Position numbers and translations under genes: made by a program. Below are positions 13,992 to 30,036 of a stretch of 64,000 bases of DNA, piece after piece. A model generated the notes under the pieces. The model ran no database searches. It had not been told where the DNA came from and saw only the letters and a list, made by a program, of their open reading frames with translations. The number at the start of each line of letters is the position of its first letter. The stretch's first letter is position 1. The DNA comes from the human T2T-CHM13v2.0 reference genome, Homo sapiens. The stretch lies in NCBI RefSeq assembly GCF_009914755.1, contig NC_060926.1, one strand, 5' to 3'.

Positions 13992-14232
13992 GGCTGGGCG
14001 CAGTGGCTCACTCCTGTAATCCCAGCACTTTGAGAGGCGAAGGCAAGCGGATCATGAGATCAGGAGATCGAGACCATCCTGGCTAACACGGTGAAACCCT
14101 GTCTCTACTAAAAATACAAAATTTAGCCAGGCGTGGTGGTGGGTGCCTGTAGTCCCAGCTACTCGGGAGGCTGAGGCAGGAGAATGGCGTGAACCCAGGA
14201 GACAGAGCTTGCAGTGAGCTGAGATGGTGCTA
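13992..14232 (+). mobile_element. AluY, 3'-truncated with no poly(A), flanked by a 10-bp direct repeat
   Basis: AluY diagnostics (gagatcgagaccatcctggctaacacgg; gaatggcgtgaaccc); tcaacaagaa at 13982-13991 and 14233-14242. Confidence 0.9.
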
Positions 14233-15221
14233 TCAACAAGAAAAATAAAGACCTAAAGCTTGAAAAAATGGGGATAATACTGCTATTTTTGCAGATTATG
14301 ATTATGTTAGGAAATTATGAGGAACTTTTATACAATTGCTAGCAATAATAAGTTTAGCAAGATAGCTGAATATAAGGTCAATATACAAAAATCAATTGCA
14401 TTTGACATCATCCACAAACAATTAGAAAATGTATTTTTACAAAAGACATTTAAATTAGTTAAAAAAAAAAAGCATCAATTACCTAGGCCCTAGGTATAAA
14501 TCTGATAAAAGATGCTTAAGATCTATATGCAGGAGATTAAAAACTCTTCTTAAGGGACACTAAAGGAGACAATTCAATGGAGAGATAGCCTATGTTCACC
14601 CACCCAGCTGTCTATCACTCCTTGTAATATCACCTGAGACTATATATGCTCAACCTCCTGTTAACATGGCTACTGCTCCTAGTAGGAAGCATTTTTATCC
14701 CTCTGAAGAGTCCCCAATAGGAAACACAAATGAGTTTAATTTGAATGCAACATCAAATTAATAGTAATAGCTTCCAGAAATGCTGTGTTAGAAGGGAATC
14801 TAGAACAGAGCCTTGGCACAGGGATAACCAATGTCGTATCAGCCCGCAGTGTTTGCTATAGGTGTGAGAGAGGTAGAGGAAACATGCAGGCCAGGTATTT
14901 TTCATTGTGGAAAAGCATTTTTCAATTCAAACCCACAATATATAAATGAGCCACAGTGTCCAGCTGCCCTGCAATAGAACTCTCAGTGTGGTACCATGGC
15001 TTACCATTGGAATATGAAGAGCTAGTGGTACCTATGTAACAGGGATAGAAGGGGTGCGTTAGTTAGTAGGTACTAAGAAATTCTACAGAATAGCAAAACT
15101 CCCTACTTTTATCTTCTACCATCATTAGATGTTTAAGTTGTACTCAAATTGATTTCCATGGTTTTTGTACATTGATCAGATTAAATCCCTTACATTCAGA
15201 CAAATTAATCATTTGTATAGT

Positions 15222-15390
15222 ACAGGGTTTCTCAAAGACCATTTCCACAAGCATCAAGAAACATCTAGATGCTTATTAAAAATATAGTTTTCTCAGCATC
15301 ACCCAAGACCTTGGTCACAGGGTCCAAGGAATCTGGCTGTTGTTTTTATTCTCCCATAGTGATTCCTATTCACTTTTACAAATCACTAGT
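15222..15390. mobile_element. MER5-like hAT-Charlie fragment
   Basis: cagggtttctcaaag ... gcttattaaaaatatag ... gtgattc ... aaatcactag. Confidence 0.5.
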
Positions 15391-15895
15391 AGAGTAGTTA
15401 ATGCACACCCAAGAGAAACAAGTTGCATAAATTAGTGATCACTATTACACACTCAATAAGGAAGGAATAATATCACCCGACTTTCCTAAATCTCATTGGT
15501 CATTGATCACGTCGCATTCTCAGTGACATATCAAGAAGGGAAGGGGTGTGTATAGGACCCACTGCCCCAGCAGGGAGGAGTATTTCAGTATTTTATCACT
15601 GAGATTCTTTATAACTGCCAACTTTTGCTTTATTTCATCATTGTTTTTTAAAATCTCTATAGCCAATGGACCCCCTACTGCTTACAATCATGTATGTGTT
15701 CCCAATGACTCCTTTCCTTGGTAACCACAGTACATTCTAGTTAACTACCACACATTTACAATTTCTCATTATTTTGTCTCTTTGCTTACTTTTTGTCCTC
15801 CTCCCCATGTAGGCTCTAATCTCCATGACACACTGTCTATTTCTTCTCTGTGTCAGACACTAGTAATTATGCAGTTACATGGCTAAAGTACTTAC

Positions 15896-15963
15896 CCATT
15901 TTGCCCCGGTTGCAGGGATTGAGGTTACCAGATGTACAGTGGTAGACTAACACTGACTTAGGT
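15896..15963 (-). pseudogene. FAR2P1: FAR2 pseudogene, exon-8 equivalent (68 bp)
   Basis: ttccag|ACCTAAG...AAAATGG|gtaagt; translates PKSVLVYHCTSGNLNPCNRGKM (FAR2 PKSTLVYHITSGNMNPCNWHKM). Confidence 0.88.
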
Positions 15964-16719
15964 CTGGAAAATGAAATAAAAATTAAATAAATACAACTGA
16001 ATGAAAAACTAATGAAAGAAAAATAAGGGAAAATAATATTTAGACAGAGTGGCTTCAATAATTCATCTGATTAAAGCAACCTATGCAAGAAGGCTTCTGT
16101 ATTTTTTTCTTTCTTTGGGTTAATAAGCAAAATGGAAGAAGACTAGCAAAAGGGTGTGTGCGGAGGTGGGGGGATGTGTGTGTGTGAAAGAGATGTTAAA
16201 TAGGAGTGACATATTATGAAGCACAGATGTACGAGTTCACATAAAAAAATTTAATTCTGTTTACCACATACTAACACAGCCAAATGTATGAACAACCTGT
16301 TTTTTTTTCCTTTGTACCAGGAAACTTCCCCACACATAGTGATTGAACACTTTTGGCATTAACCAGAGTTCAATTAAAGAAAATTCTCTCATTTCATCCA
16401 CTTCTATCTCCTTTGCCCTAAAAAAGAAAGCTGAATGTTAAACTACTGAGTAGAAAGAAAAGCCTTTTGGTTATCAAGAATTGTATGGTTAAGTGATTTA
16501 AATGTTTTATTACTTTGTGAGTAGCCAAGTACTAAACTGTATTTTGAAAACAACTGAATGTATATATGATGGCATATTAGGAACTCTATAAAATACTGAA
16601 ACAAACACCCTCTCACATTTGGGGTCTTGTACAATGAAATGCCTATATTTGGAAAATGTGCCTAATACAATAACCCTCCCTCTCATGACATCTTTGAAAG
16701 CCCACTTGAGCATCCACAC

Positions 16720-16848
16720 CTGTGAACTGCAGCACACACACCATCCTACAGCTAGTGGGAGATTGACGGCTGTATCACCTGGAATTGGAATTAAGTCTCC
16801 CACAGCCATTGGAGTAGCTTTTATGGACAGAAGAAACCCTTTCCCAGC
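16720..16848 (-). pseudogene. FAR2P1: FAR2 pseudogene, exon-7 equivalent (frameshifted)
   Basis: gcag|GCTGGGAAAGGG...TTCACAG|gtgt; translates AGKGFLLSIKATPMAVGDLIPIPGDTAVNLPLAVGW; carries an ATTCCA duplication and a GT expansion that shifts the frame. Confidence 0.88.
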
Positions 16849-18115
16849 CTGCACAGGAAAAAGAACATAAAATGTGAAACCAGGTCTTAAGTAACAGCTG
16901 GGGCTAAAGTATGTATCATCAAACTGATTATACTAGTGCAATAAGTGAAAACAGCTAACATCGATCCACTGCTTAACAGGTTCCCACACTAAGTCTGACT
17001 TCGTCAGCCTACCCTAGCTTCCCAGCCAAGCGCATCTTCAGCATTTTCTTGAACTACTCGTGTTCCTCATGTTCCTTTAGGGAATAAAATTCCTCATATT
17101 TTTGAGAGATTAATAAACTTAGTTAATTACCAAACACCAAGAATAAACCTTCACATTTAAAAAATTAACTCATAAGACACGTTAAGAATTAAGGTTACAC
17201 AAATTCCCCATTAATGTTTGTTTTCCATTTCCTTAATGATTTTGTTTTCTGCTAGGGTTTACTAACCTACAAGCAATAGTAAGCACTAAAAGTTTAAGAA
17301 AGTTTTATTTGAACAAAAATTAATTTGTGAAATTCCACAATTAATGACAAAAACTTTTTTGGCTTAGAAAAATGGCCTTATTATTTACTTTTTCTTCAGA
17401 ATCTCATTTCACCTCACAGATCACTGATGTTATATAGATACAAGAGTTTGGACTTATTTATGTTAATAATTTGTTGAGTTTATGAAATTCATTCTTTCTG
17501 CTTTGCATGTTTCCCACTTTAATTTGAAATGATTAGCACTTTCTTATGTTACTCAATTCTCTTTTCTTATAACTAGCTCCCCTTCTTTTGGACATAAGAA
17601 ACCAATTTAGAACATTTTTTAAAATGTAAATAAATATACAGCTTTGCATATAATGAAAACCGCTTTGGGATCACGTTAAAATAATGATGTTCTAAGTCAC
17701 CAAACTTCACCCCAACTGAACTTTTTTAGGAGAAAGAGTTGAAGGCAGGTGGGAAGCAGAAAGAAAGGGGCTGCTAGAAAAATCCGGAATTCGAAGGAAG
17801 GTCTTTGTCACTACCATAATTCATTGTCTCATATTTCTATTTGAATTCATGTTGAACCCAGCTCTGGTAGGAATAGAGACAGAGTCTGAAGGGCAGTCTG
17901 AATCCCTAATAAGATTTAAACTCATTTAGATCACTGATTTCCCATTCATTGTACAAAAGAGTAAAGTGGGGTTTAGGCCCTGAATGCCTCAGTGTGAGCT
18001 GTGAACCCCACAGCTCTGCCGGATCAATGTGGACTTCAGGGAGATGCGCACTGAGGGCTGCTCACCTAGAGGAGCCACGTTTCTCCTTGTAAGACATTAT
18101 TGAAAAGGCGTTGCC

Positions 18116-18191
18116 GGCACATGTCTACCTATGTAACAAACCTGCACGTTGTGCACATGTACCCTAGAACTTAAAATAGAATAATAAAAAA
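18116..18191 (+). mobile_element. Extremely 5'-truncated L1PA (last ~75 bp) with 14-bp TSD
   Basis: L1 terminus tatgtaacaaacctgcacgttgtgcacatgtaccctagaacttaaa; TSD gaaaaggcgttgcc 18102-18115 / gaaaaggccttgcc 18192-18205. Confidence 0.9.
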
Positions 18192-18459
18192 GAAAAGGCC
18201 TTGCCTATATTCACTGATGTTTGTATTTGAAAAATTTGCCCCAATATTGGTAGTTCTTTCTTGTATTCATTAAGAATTATTGATGTATACCTGCTTTCCA
18301 TATACACACATAAACTCTTCTATGTGTTTTATAATAACGAATTTAATAATCTTTGAAGATATTTTTACTGCATCCTCAATTCACTGCACTAATTCATGCA
18401 ATTATAAACTGAAGAAAGGAGGAAATACCCCATCTTGCGATAAATAAAGCAAAATCCTT

Positions 18460-20452
<1,993 letters not shown>

Positions 20453-20720
20453 AAAATCCTTAATTCTCACTTTTCAAAATAGAACTCTTAAATAGTAATT
20501 GATAGCACTTTACCTCTGTTTTCCTGATAAAAAAAATTCTAAAAGAATAAAAACAATTTCATCCTGCCTCCATATTATAACCAGAATAATTGAAATAATA
20601 TGCTTCAATTGATAGTAAAGTAGCATTTATGTTTTTGGATCAATGAAGCTAAGCCAGCACTAAGAATTTTCTTACTATTCCTCCACTACATTACAGTTAC
20701 TTCCTCATCCCTATACATAC

Positions 20721-20765
20721 CGCAATAATGAGTCGGCTACATCCATTTAGATTATCAACCCAACC
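20721..20765 (-). pseudogene. FAR2P1: FAR2 pseudogene, exon-6 equivalent (45 bp)
   Basis: ttttag|GGTTGGGTTGATAATCTAAATGGA...ATTATTGCG|gtatgt; translates GWVDNLNGCSRLIIA (FAR2 GWVDNINGPNGIIIA). Confidence 0.88.
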
Positions 20766-21299
20766 CTAAAAGAAAGAAAATTTCCATTGGTTACACATTT
20801 CAGAAAATTGTTGTATCTTTGGAACATCTGCCGTCTAATCTTAATAAATTTCAAACAAGGGCACTGAGACTCCAGCCGATAGAACTATCTAATTCAGTAT
20901 TATTAAGATCCCAAAGATCAATGGCAAAGCGTTGGCTATTTTCTGCAGTTTGTGCAAGAATTAAAATTTGGCCAGGATTGTTGTTTGTAGCAGGAGTCAT
21001 GAATGGTTTTGTGGTGTTTTATGACAACTTAAGGGCTACAATGGACCTTGTCCTTATATCATGATCTGCTAAGCAATTCACCAACCATACTTCACCTCAT
21101 TCCTGATTTTAGCCTCCTTAGGAGAACATTGAAAACATGATTGGTAATAATGTGTGTTGACTTGCTTAAAGATGTTACAGGAAAGATTATGCTTAAGAGT
21201 AGTTAGAGGGAAATGTCTTTTTGAGTTTGTTTCCTAAGCCCTAAGCCGTCTCTTTACCTTACAGTATAAAAGTCGAAATGCATATAATGGGAGACCAGA

Positions 21300-21510
21300 T
21301 ATACGGGAGGAGAAGATGAAGGGACTAATATTCGTTGAGCCTTTTAGTAGGGATCTACCTTTTACTAGAGACTGAGCACTCCTCATACATTGTCTCATTA
21401 AACCAACTCTCCAAAGTAGTATCTGTCCTGTTCTACCGAAAGAACAACTCAAAAATGTTGCATTGCCAGTAAGTGGTGGAGCTGGAATGTATCTGCCCCC
21501 AAAGCTTCAC
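21300..21510 (-). mobile_element. MIR fragment
   Basis: actaatattcgttgagc ... cattgtctcattaaacc ... agtaagtggtggagctggaat. Confidence 0.55.
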
Positions 21511-21976
21511 GGACTTGCTTTGAAGAAGATGGTATAATTCAAAGTACTTTCAAAAGGACATAGCAGTATACTGAGGTTAAAAAAAATTAGTATTCCCAAA
21601 CTGAGATCCTTCTGTGAGCTTTGTAACCCTGGCAGTTAGTTGCAATACTACCAATTTGGCCACCAAGAACATTCTGATATGTTTAAGCTACAGTGGGAAA
21701 GCCAAGATATGAAAACATCACCCATGGGAATTTTGAGACTAGAGTAGTTAGAAGCTAATTTAAGATCTCCATCCAACTCTAAGATAGGGTAACTGCCAGA
21801 AGAGCCACATGATCCCAAAGTGGAATTTTGCCCTAGTATAATGGGTTAATATTTGATTGGCTGCACTTAGCTATAAATCCTGAGGAGAAGAAGAAGAAGA
21901 AAGACATCAGAAAATAATTGGGCTAGAAGAACCTTAGTTTGAAAGCAAAACACAGAATCCAGGTAAGTGGGCTTAC

Positions 21977-22147
21977 CAGGAAAAGCTGGTGCGACGTTGC
22001 TCCGCACAATGGAGGGCCTTAGGATGGCAATGGTTAGGTTCCTGCTCTCCTGCTGCACCACCATTTCTCCCAAGGCCTTGCTATAGGTCTAAGTATTGGG
22101 ACAATCTCCAATCCGCTTGGGAGTGATCTCGTCAATAATGGCGTTGT
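21977..22147 (-). pseudogene. FAR2P1: FAR2 pseudogene, exon-5 equivalent (premature stop and frameshift)
   Basis: [45 protein letters not shown]; TAG at 22089-22091 replaces the catalytic YxxxK Tyr; +1 frameshift near the 3' end; gtaag donor. Confidence 0.9.
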
Positions 22148-23046
22148 CTATACATAAAAGGTAGTCAGAATAAAAAGAATTCTAGCAACATGTGTTAGAC
22201 AATAGACCAAAAGGAAAATGTGAGACACAGTCAAACAAAACTTCCACCTTTTAGCCTTGGTTCTGGAATTCAGAACAGTCACATGATACCAAGTTTGAGT
22301 GCATACCTGTCCAAAGCATGCATGAGCTCTTTTGTTTTCACTGCTAAGCCCAATCTTACAGTCAAATCCTATGCCCTCCTATCCAGACAGGTAGGTAGGT
22401 AGACGGATAGAATCAATAGCGATGCCACTTTATTACTACTACTAGTGTAGGGCTATTAATACTACTTTAGCGCTACTATTACTTTGTCAGTGCTAATTAC
22501 TACTTTATCTGTAGCAGTATTAATTTGAGGTAATTACATACAACCTCTTTACTTCCTTTCCAACAAGCTCGTAAGTACATTCATTGCACATATTTTTGAG
22601 TCCCAATCATTCTCCCAGTAGTGTGCTGGAAGCTGTGTTCAGGGAGTTTGAGGCTCTCATCCAAGGTGTTTCAGTGGCAGCCCTGTTCAGTGTTGTCCTA
22701 TAGAAACCCAGTGCAGTGATCCTGAAGAGTTTAGCTTTACATTTTAAAATTTTCATTCAATGCAAATCAAACCAAAGTGATTACTTTTGGCAGACTGACA
22801 ATCTGTTTTACCAAATCTATGTAATGCATTTTGAAGGTCTGTTTAGAGTCTATGATAACAAATTGCTAATTATTTCCAGAGATTTTCAATGAATTCTGAA
22901 GTCTGTCAAGTGTGGTGATTATAGTACTCTGAAATTGCTTCAAAACCATGAATATTGAATACTCCTACTTACAAGATGACCTGTATCATCAATAACTGAG
23001 TTACCATAGCATCAGCCTAAACTTTCTTAAAAATATGTCAGAACCA

Positions 23047-23344
23047 GCCGGGCGCAGTGGCTCATGCCTGTAATCCTAGCATTTTGGGAGGCCATGGCAG
23101 GCAGATCACGAGGTCAGGAGATTGAGACCATCCTGGCCAACATGGTGAAACCCCGTCTCTACTAAAAATACAAAAATTAGCTGGGCATGGTGGCGTGCGC
23201 CTGTGATCCCAGCTATTCAGGAGGCTGAGGCAGGAGAATCACTTAAACCAGGGAGCAAAGGTTGCAGTAAGCTGAGATCTTGCCACTGCACTCCAGCCTG
23301 GTGACAGAGCAAAACTCCATCTCAAAAAAAAAAAAAAAAAAAAA
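23047..23344 (+). mobile_element. AluSc-like element, TSD gtcagaacca
   Basis: Full dimer with poly(A); direct repeat on both flanks. Confidence 0.93.
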
Positions 23345-24244
23345 GTCAGAACCATTTGATAACCCCAAAATCTATCTACAACTCTCTGAGAGAGCAAAAA
23401 AAATTATTGTCAATTAAATATGCAACATGTATTCTAGCTGACAGATCTATGTGGTTAAATTGTTAATATAACATAGCTTTTTAAAAATTAAGCTGTCGGA
23501 ATATGCTAGGGTGATTTTTCTGATCAATGTGGTCCATTTATTTCTATTTTATACAACAGAACATAACTATACTATTTTGATTGTAGAAAATCTTCACTGT
23601 TACCACCTTGCTGACATGACACATTTTTGAACAACTAAGATGTGCATGAGGTTAAGACTCATTCAGAATCACAACTCTCAATATTAATGCCTCATTTGAT
23701 CCTGGGGTAGAACATGGGCATTGACCATTATGTTTCCATTTTTCTTCCTTTGCTTCTGAGTGCTGAGTGTCTTCTGGATACTAAATGTCTTTTCATTTAA
23801 GTTGAATAGAGAAAGATTGAGGGGTTCTAGAATTAAAAACTTAAACTACATAGAAATATCAAGGATATTTTAATTATATGGTCACCTGGGGGCTGGGAAA
23901 GAGCATAGGATGATTCATACATCTCTCAATCTTAACAATAATCCTACCGTTACCTCATTTCATTTCTGTGTCAACAGTGGATTGACTGACCTAAGACCAT
24001 TTCCCCTCAACTGCAAAACTATACAGTTTACGAAAACCAGGTCTTCAGGGAATAGAGCTTAATTTCAATAAGTCTGTAAAGAAAAAATTCCTAGAAAACA
24101 TCAGAGCCCAAAAATGTACTGGGATTGTATGTCAGATGGCTAGTACCAGTTGCTGTCATTAATGTTGGGGCAGCCGGAAAGGATAATACTTGGAGGGATG
24201 GGGGCCTTATAAAGCTTAGTGAGTTTCCTTGTATTAGAAAATGT

Positions 24245-24560
<316 letters not shown>

Positions 24561-24887
24561 AAAAAATTTTGGTTTTATAGATTTCTAACAACACACATGG
24601 AAGAAATTTTAATATTCTATAGATGGCTTACCTCTGCTACTCTTAGCTGCACCTGTATTCCACTGTTTTATATTCTCGTTCCAATTTTACTTGTGAAAAT
24701 GGCAATAATTATATTCATTCTAAATTCTCAGGTTATGAGGGTAAACAAAAATATTCACAACTGCATTTAAGCTGTTTGATAAAACAAAATGAGCCAATAA
24801 ACCTAAGGCACTCCTATTTTTAGATAAAACAATCGGAGAGCATCATATATCTGTGTACGTAATAGTTGGTTTTAAAATGTCATTTCT

Positions 24888-25205
<318 letters not shown>

Positions 25206-26558
25206 AATTATCATTTATAATGCAGCCAGACAGGCCATCTGCTAGCTCATTCAGCCAGTTCCTAGGTTCAGACAGGAGATTAGTGTAAACATGCACATGC
25301 ACTGATTGGGCAAAGCCCTTCTCAGGACTTTCACTCAATTCAGGGTTGCTGCTGCTGTTTGTTCTCAATATGTTTTTAAACAGTAAATAAGTTACCATGG
25401 ATAAAAAACACTATATAAACCAAAATACGTGTCTGAAATTAATCCAAATGTTCTTCAGTATACTCAAGAAGATGTTTTGACCCAGGGGTCTCAAATTCTA
25501 AACTCGAATTGCTTCAGAAGAAGCATAAAGTCATTGAAAATTTCAGAAAGCAATATGTATGTCTATGTATGTACATACATAGACACATATACAATTTCTT
25601 CCAAAGATTACTATCAATTTTGCTTTCAAACTTATTGAATCAACATGATGATATCATTAATGGTTTCATTATTTATGTATTTATGGAATGAAATACTAAG
25701 AAGCATATGCATTTCCCCTCCCCTGACCCTCCAATTTTATCTCATTCAACAAGTTGGCAAGCCTAGTGGTTTATGAGGAAATCTGTTAGAGAGTAAGTAG
25801 TGGACACACTGTCTTATGATAACGTTTGCTCTCTTTCTCCAGTCTAAATTATATAATTCACTTGATTGTTGTAGTTATCAAGTTGTATTTGTTCATCTGT
25901 CTGTCTGCCCACTAGACAGTGAGTCCAGGAGAGCAGGGATTATGATTTTTATCTCTGTGTCTAATCACTTTTCTGCCCCCAGGAGCCAGCTACCTTATTC
26001 AGTAAATGGATGCTCTTCCACATGGTAATCTTGATTGGCCAATTTCTGTACTATATAAGGTTTTGGGAAGCAGAGATGGACAATGATGAGACAGAGTGGA
26101 TGTACTCAAAAAAAGACAAGGTTGTAGGGAGAATGCAGGAAAGGAAAGAAGGGGGTACCTTTGTACAGCAGGTAGCAAAATTGGAAGTCAAAGTGTCCAG
26201 TGGCAGTGGTGAAAAGTGTTGACCAACCTCGGTTTGATGAAGGTGGCGTGAAAGTCAACTTAAACTTTTCACTGGGAAGCAGGATATTTCTGAGCCTAAT
26301 GCTTATGGAGAATTGCCCTCTGTATTTCCCTCCAGACTTTCATGAGGCACCCAGCTTGGCCCAAACATGAGCCAGATGCTGAATAGCCTACCAATGGCCT
26401 GCCAATGTGAAAATTATTCAGTTTGGCTAAGAAACAATTTACTCATATTCTGGTTTGTATTTGAAGCCTGCTAATATCAAAGTACACAGAATTTTCATTT
26501 TTATGTCAGCTACTTAGATGTCATTTTGAAGCTATGCCATGATGAAATTAAAAACACA

Positions 26559-26832
26559 GGCCTGGCACAATGGGTTATGCCTGTAATCCCAACACTTTGG
26601 CCAAGGTCAGGAGGTGGAGAACAGCCTGGCCAAGATGGCGAAATCCCATCTCTACTAAAAACATAAAAATTAGCCAGGCACACTTGCGGGCACCTGGAAT
26701 CCCAGCTACTCGGGAGGCTGAGGCAGGACAATAGCTGGAACCCAGGAGGCAGAGCCTGCAGTGAGCTGAGATCACGCATTGCACTGCAGCCTGGGAAACA
26801 AGAGCAAGACTCAAATCTCAAACAAACAAAAA
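26559..26832 (+). mobile_element. AluS element with an internal left-arm deletion
   Basis: Alu motifs with a shortened left arm; (CAAA) tail. Confidence 0.85.
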
Positions 26833-27269
26833 GCACAAGTGCTAGAGTCAGCTTTCACCATTCCCCTAGAACAGATCATCTTTTTCAGTGTTAACAATGT
26901 GTTCTATAGCAGGAAGTCAAGACTACTGTCCAAGGTCTGACCTCCTTTGATATCTCCTGGAGGGCTGTGATGAGGGCCACTGATGCTGGCTGTGGGGGTC
27001 TCCATTTCCCTGCCTCTCACCCCTGCGCCTTCAGGGCACACGCCACCTTTCCTTTTTTACATGGCAGACTAGCTGTGTCTTCTGGTGGCCACGTAGCTTC
27101 AGAAGTGTGGTTTTTAGTAGGTACAGATCTACTAGGAACTTTCATTCAATTAAAGCTTCTAGGAACTGAAAGACAACAGGAGACAAAGAGAGCAGGAGAA
27201 AGAGGAAGCATGGGGTATTAGAAGATAAATGATCCTCTTTTCAAATGAAGACTGCTTAATGAAAAATCT

Positions 27270-27460
27270 CCTTAAGGCACAATTTCCCAAACTTGCCTGG
27301 TCATCAGTGTGAATTACACAAGGCCCCTGGGAAAAATCCAGACTCCTGGGTGCCATTTTAGAACCACTAAATACATCTGCAGAAGTAAGAGTCTGGATAA
27401 TCTGTATTTTCAACATGGCCTGGAAATTCCAACTGTCAGGTAAATTAGGGAATCACTAAT
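27270..27460. mobile_element. MER5-like DNA transposon
   Basis: caatttcccaaacttgcctggtcatcag ... aatctgtatttttcaaca ... ttagggaatcact. Confidence 0.55.
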
Positions 27461-27584
27461 TTAAAAGAAGTCCACTCCATCAACTTAAGTCGTTAAGATT
27501 TGAATATATCAGGATTAGCTCTCAAAAACACATTGCTTCTTGGAGTAAACATTTCAACAGAATTGAATTTTAAAATTATTAAAT

Positions 27585-28255
27585 CCCCTAATGCTATCCC
27601 TCCCCCACTCCTCTAGCCCCCCACCCACTGACAGGTTCCGGTATGTGATGTTCCCCTCCCTGTGTCCATTTGTTCTCATTGTTCAGCTCCCACTTATGAG
27701 TGAACATGCGGTGTTTGGTTTTCTGTTTCTGTGTTCGTTAACTGAGAATGATGGCTTCCAGCTTCATCTATGTTCCTGCAAAGGACAGGAACTCATCCTT
27801 TTTTATGGCTGCAGAGTATTCCATGGTATATATGTGCCACATTTTCTTTATCCAGTCTATCACTGATGGGGATTTGGGTTGGTTTCAAGTCTTTGCTATT
27901 GGGAACAGTGCCGCAATAAACATATGTGTGCACGTGTCTTTATAGTAGAATGATTTATAATCCTTTGGGTATATACTCAGTAATGGGATTGCTGGGTCAA
28001 ATGTATTTCTGGTTCTGGATCCTTGAGGAATCACTACACTGTCTTCCACAATGGTTGAACTAATTTACACTCCCACCAGCGATGTAAAAGCGTTCCTATT
28101 TCTCCATATCATAATGTAGCACCAAATGTAGATAAGCGCCTAATGTAGATGAGAGGTTGATGGGTGCAGCAAACTACCATGTCATGTGTATACCTATGTA
28201 ACAAACCTGCACGTTCTCCACATGTATCCCAGAACTTAAAATATAATAAAAAAAG
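27585..28255 (+). mobile_element. L1PA 3' end with 5' inversion (twin priming)
   Basis: 27585-28110 is antisense L1 beginning cctaatgctatccctccccc; ~28138-28255 is the sense terminus that directly follows it in the L1 consensus. Confidence 0.85.
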
Positions 28256-28829
28256 ATTGAAAATTTTAAATTTTAATACAAAATTAGGACTTAGTTATTT
28301 GCAAAATACACTGTATTTTCAATGTGAAAAACAAAGGGTTATTGTATGTATTATCAATAAAGTTATATAGTTTTCCATAAAAATAACATTAATAATGGAA
28401 AATTCTAAAAGAAAAATAATTAAATTTCTTTTAGGACAATTTAAAAATGTATCTGTCAATTTTAACATGAAAATTCTCTTACATTTATACATCCCACATT
28501 CTAATAAGGACTAATTTTTATGAGCAGTAAAGAAATGTGTGTATGCGTGTCTGTATACTTATAGGTATATATCTGTTTCTGTGAAAATCTCTCTTTTAGA
28601 GTCAGAAAATCTGTTTGGTCCCAGTTCTTACTAATAATATATGATCTCACTAAAGATACTTAAATTCAATAAACTCAATAAACTTTACTCTCAATGAGGT
28701 AAGAATGAGAACACAGGTGCCAGCCATGAGCTGCGGTTCCACTGGCACAGGCTTCAGAGATCCTACCTTTAACATCCTCCTTTCATTCATTTGAGCCTGA
28801 TAAGAAAGGAGTCTCTTGGGAGAGAAGCA

Positions 28830-28980
28830 AGCATACACCTTGGGGCCAGACAGCCCATGGTCAAAGTTGAACTCCACCACTGTTCAGCTGTGTGATTTTG
28901 GGCAAGTGACTTTTCCTCTCTGATCCTCATGATCCTTTTTGGTAAAAACAGCAGAATGACAGGTCTATGAAGATTGGAGG
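28830..28980 (+). mobile_element. MIR fragment
   Basis: agctgtgtgattttgggcaagtgacttttcctctctgatcctca is the MIR core. Confidence 0.6.
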
Positions 28981-28992
28981 AAAGAAAAATGT

Positions 28993-29460
28993 GTGTCTTA
29001 GTTTAAGTTTCCTGGAAGTAGATCCTGAGGCAAAGATTCAAGTATAAAAATTTTATCTGGAGATGACTCCAGGACAGTAATTCTACTGTCAGTTCTTCCT
29101 TAGAGTACTAATTGCAGGCAACACCAGTAGAGGAGTGGGGAACTGAGACAGGAATGGAATGTAGCAGTTAAAGGGACCTTCATCAAGAAAGTTTCCACTG
29201 TGGGCAGCCAGGACTCAGCCCTGCCGGGTACCTCTGAGAGACAGCATAGAACATGTGCCTCAGAGTCATCCCACCCAGAGCAAGGGAGTTGGGTTATTTA
29301 TCCACCAATACACACCAGTCACTCCTCAGGGCTTCGTCCAAGGACATGATTCCTCCAGAATGCCCTGCCTGCACTGCAAGAATGAGACCTGGAGGGTCAA
29401 TGGCAAGAGCCCTGACAGCGCCTCCAGCAGTGAGCAGGACCACAGCCTGGTGTGGAGAGT
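28993..29460 (-). mobile_element. LTR16-type ERVL LTR
   Basis: tgtcttagtttaagtttcctggaagtagatcctgaggcaaagattcaagt ... gggttatttatccacc resembles recalled LTR16 in reverse. Confidence 0.6.
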
Positions 29461-29480
29461 TTCAGTCCCTCAGTGACCCC

Positions 29481-29610
29481 AACACACACACACACACACA
29501 CACACACACATTCTCTCACACACACACACACACACACACACACTCTCTCACACACACACACCATACTCCAACACCAACAGAGAACATACACACATACACA
29601 TACATGCATA
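29481..29610. repeat. Interrupted (CA)n microsatellite
   Basis: Three CA runs separated by (CT) blocks. Confidence 0.97.
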
Positions 29611-30036
29611 GATGACTGTTACCCACTTACATCCTGGTGAATCCATGGGATAGAAGATAAGGTGGGAATCAGAGGGAAAAGCAAAATTAAGGGGAGTGAG
29701 GGTCTTGGGAACAAAATGAAAATATAGGCAGAAAATCAAGGGGGAAGAGTGCTCTGGACACCAAACGCCTGCTGGCTGGCACCTGCTCTACATACACTGT
29801 CAGTCATTCTCCAAGCAATCTCGTGGAGTCGAAGGAATTCCCCTCAGTTACAGATGGTAGAAATGTAGTTCAGAAAAGAAAACTGATTTTACTAACTGAT
29901 TTTACTGCTTCTGGGTTCTGCTCCTTTTCTTGCTAGGCAATCATGACAGAATTGACAAAAACATTTTCCCCCTTCACCACCTGGAGCAGAGCCAATGAGA
30001 GGGGCTGGGGAACAGGCCATGAGGCCCTGCACCCAC

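Noticed and set aside
24090-24240. Possible further FAR-like exon
   Set aside because: Only vague similarity, with no consistent reading frame or splice sites.
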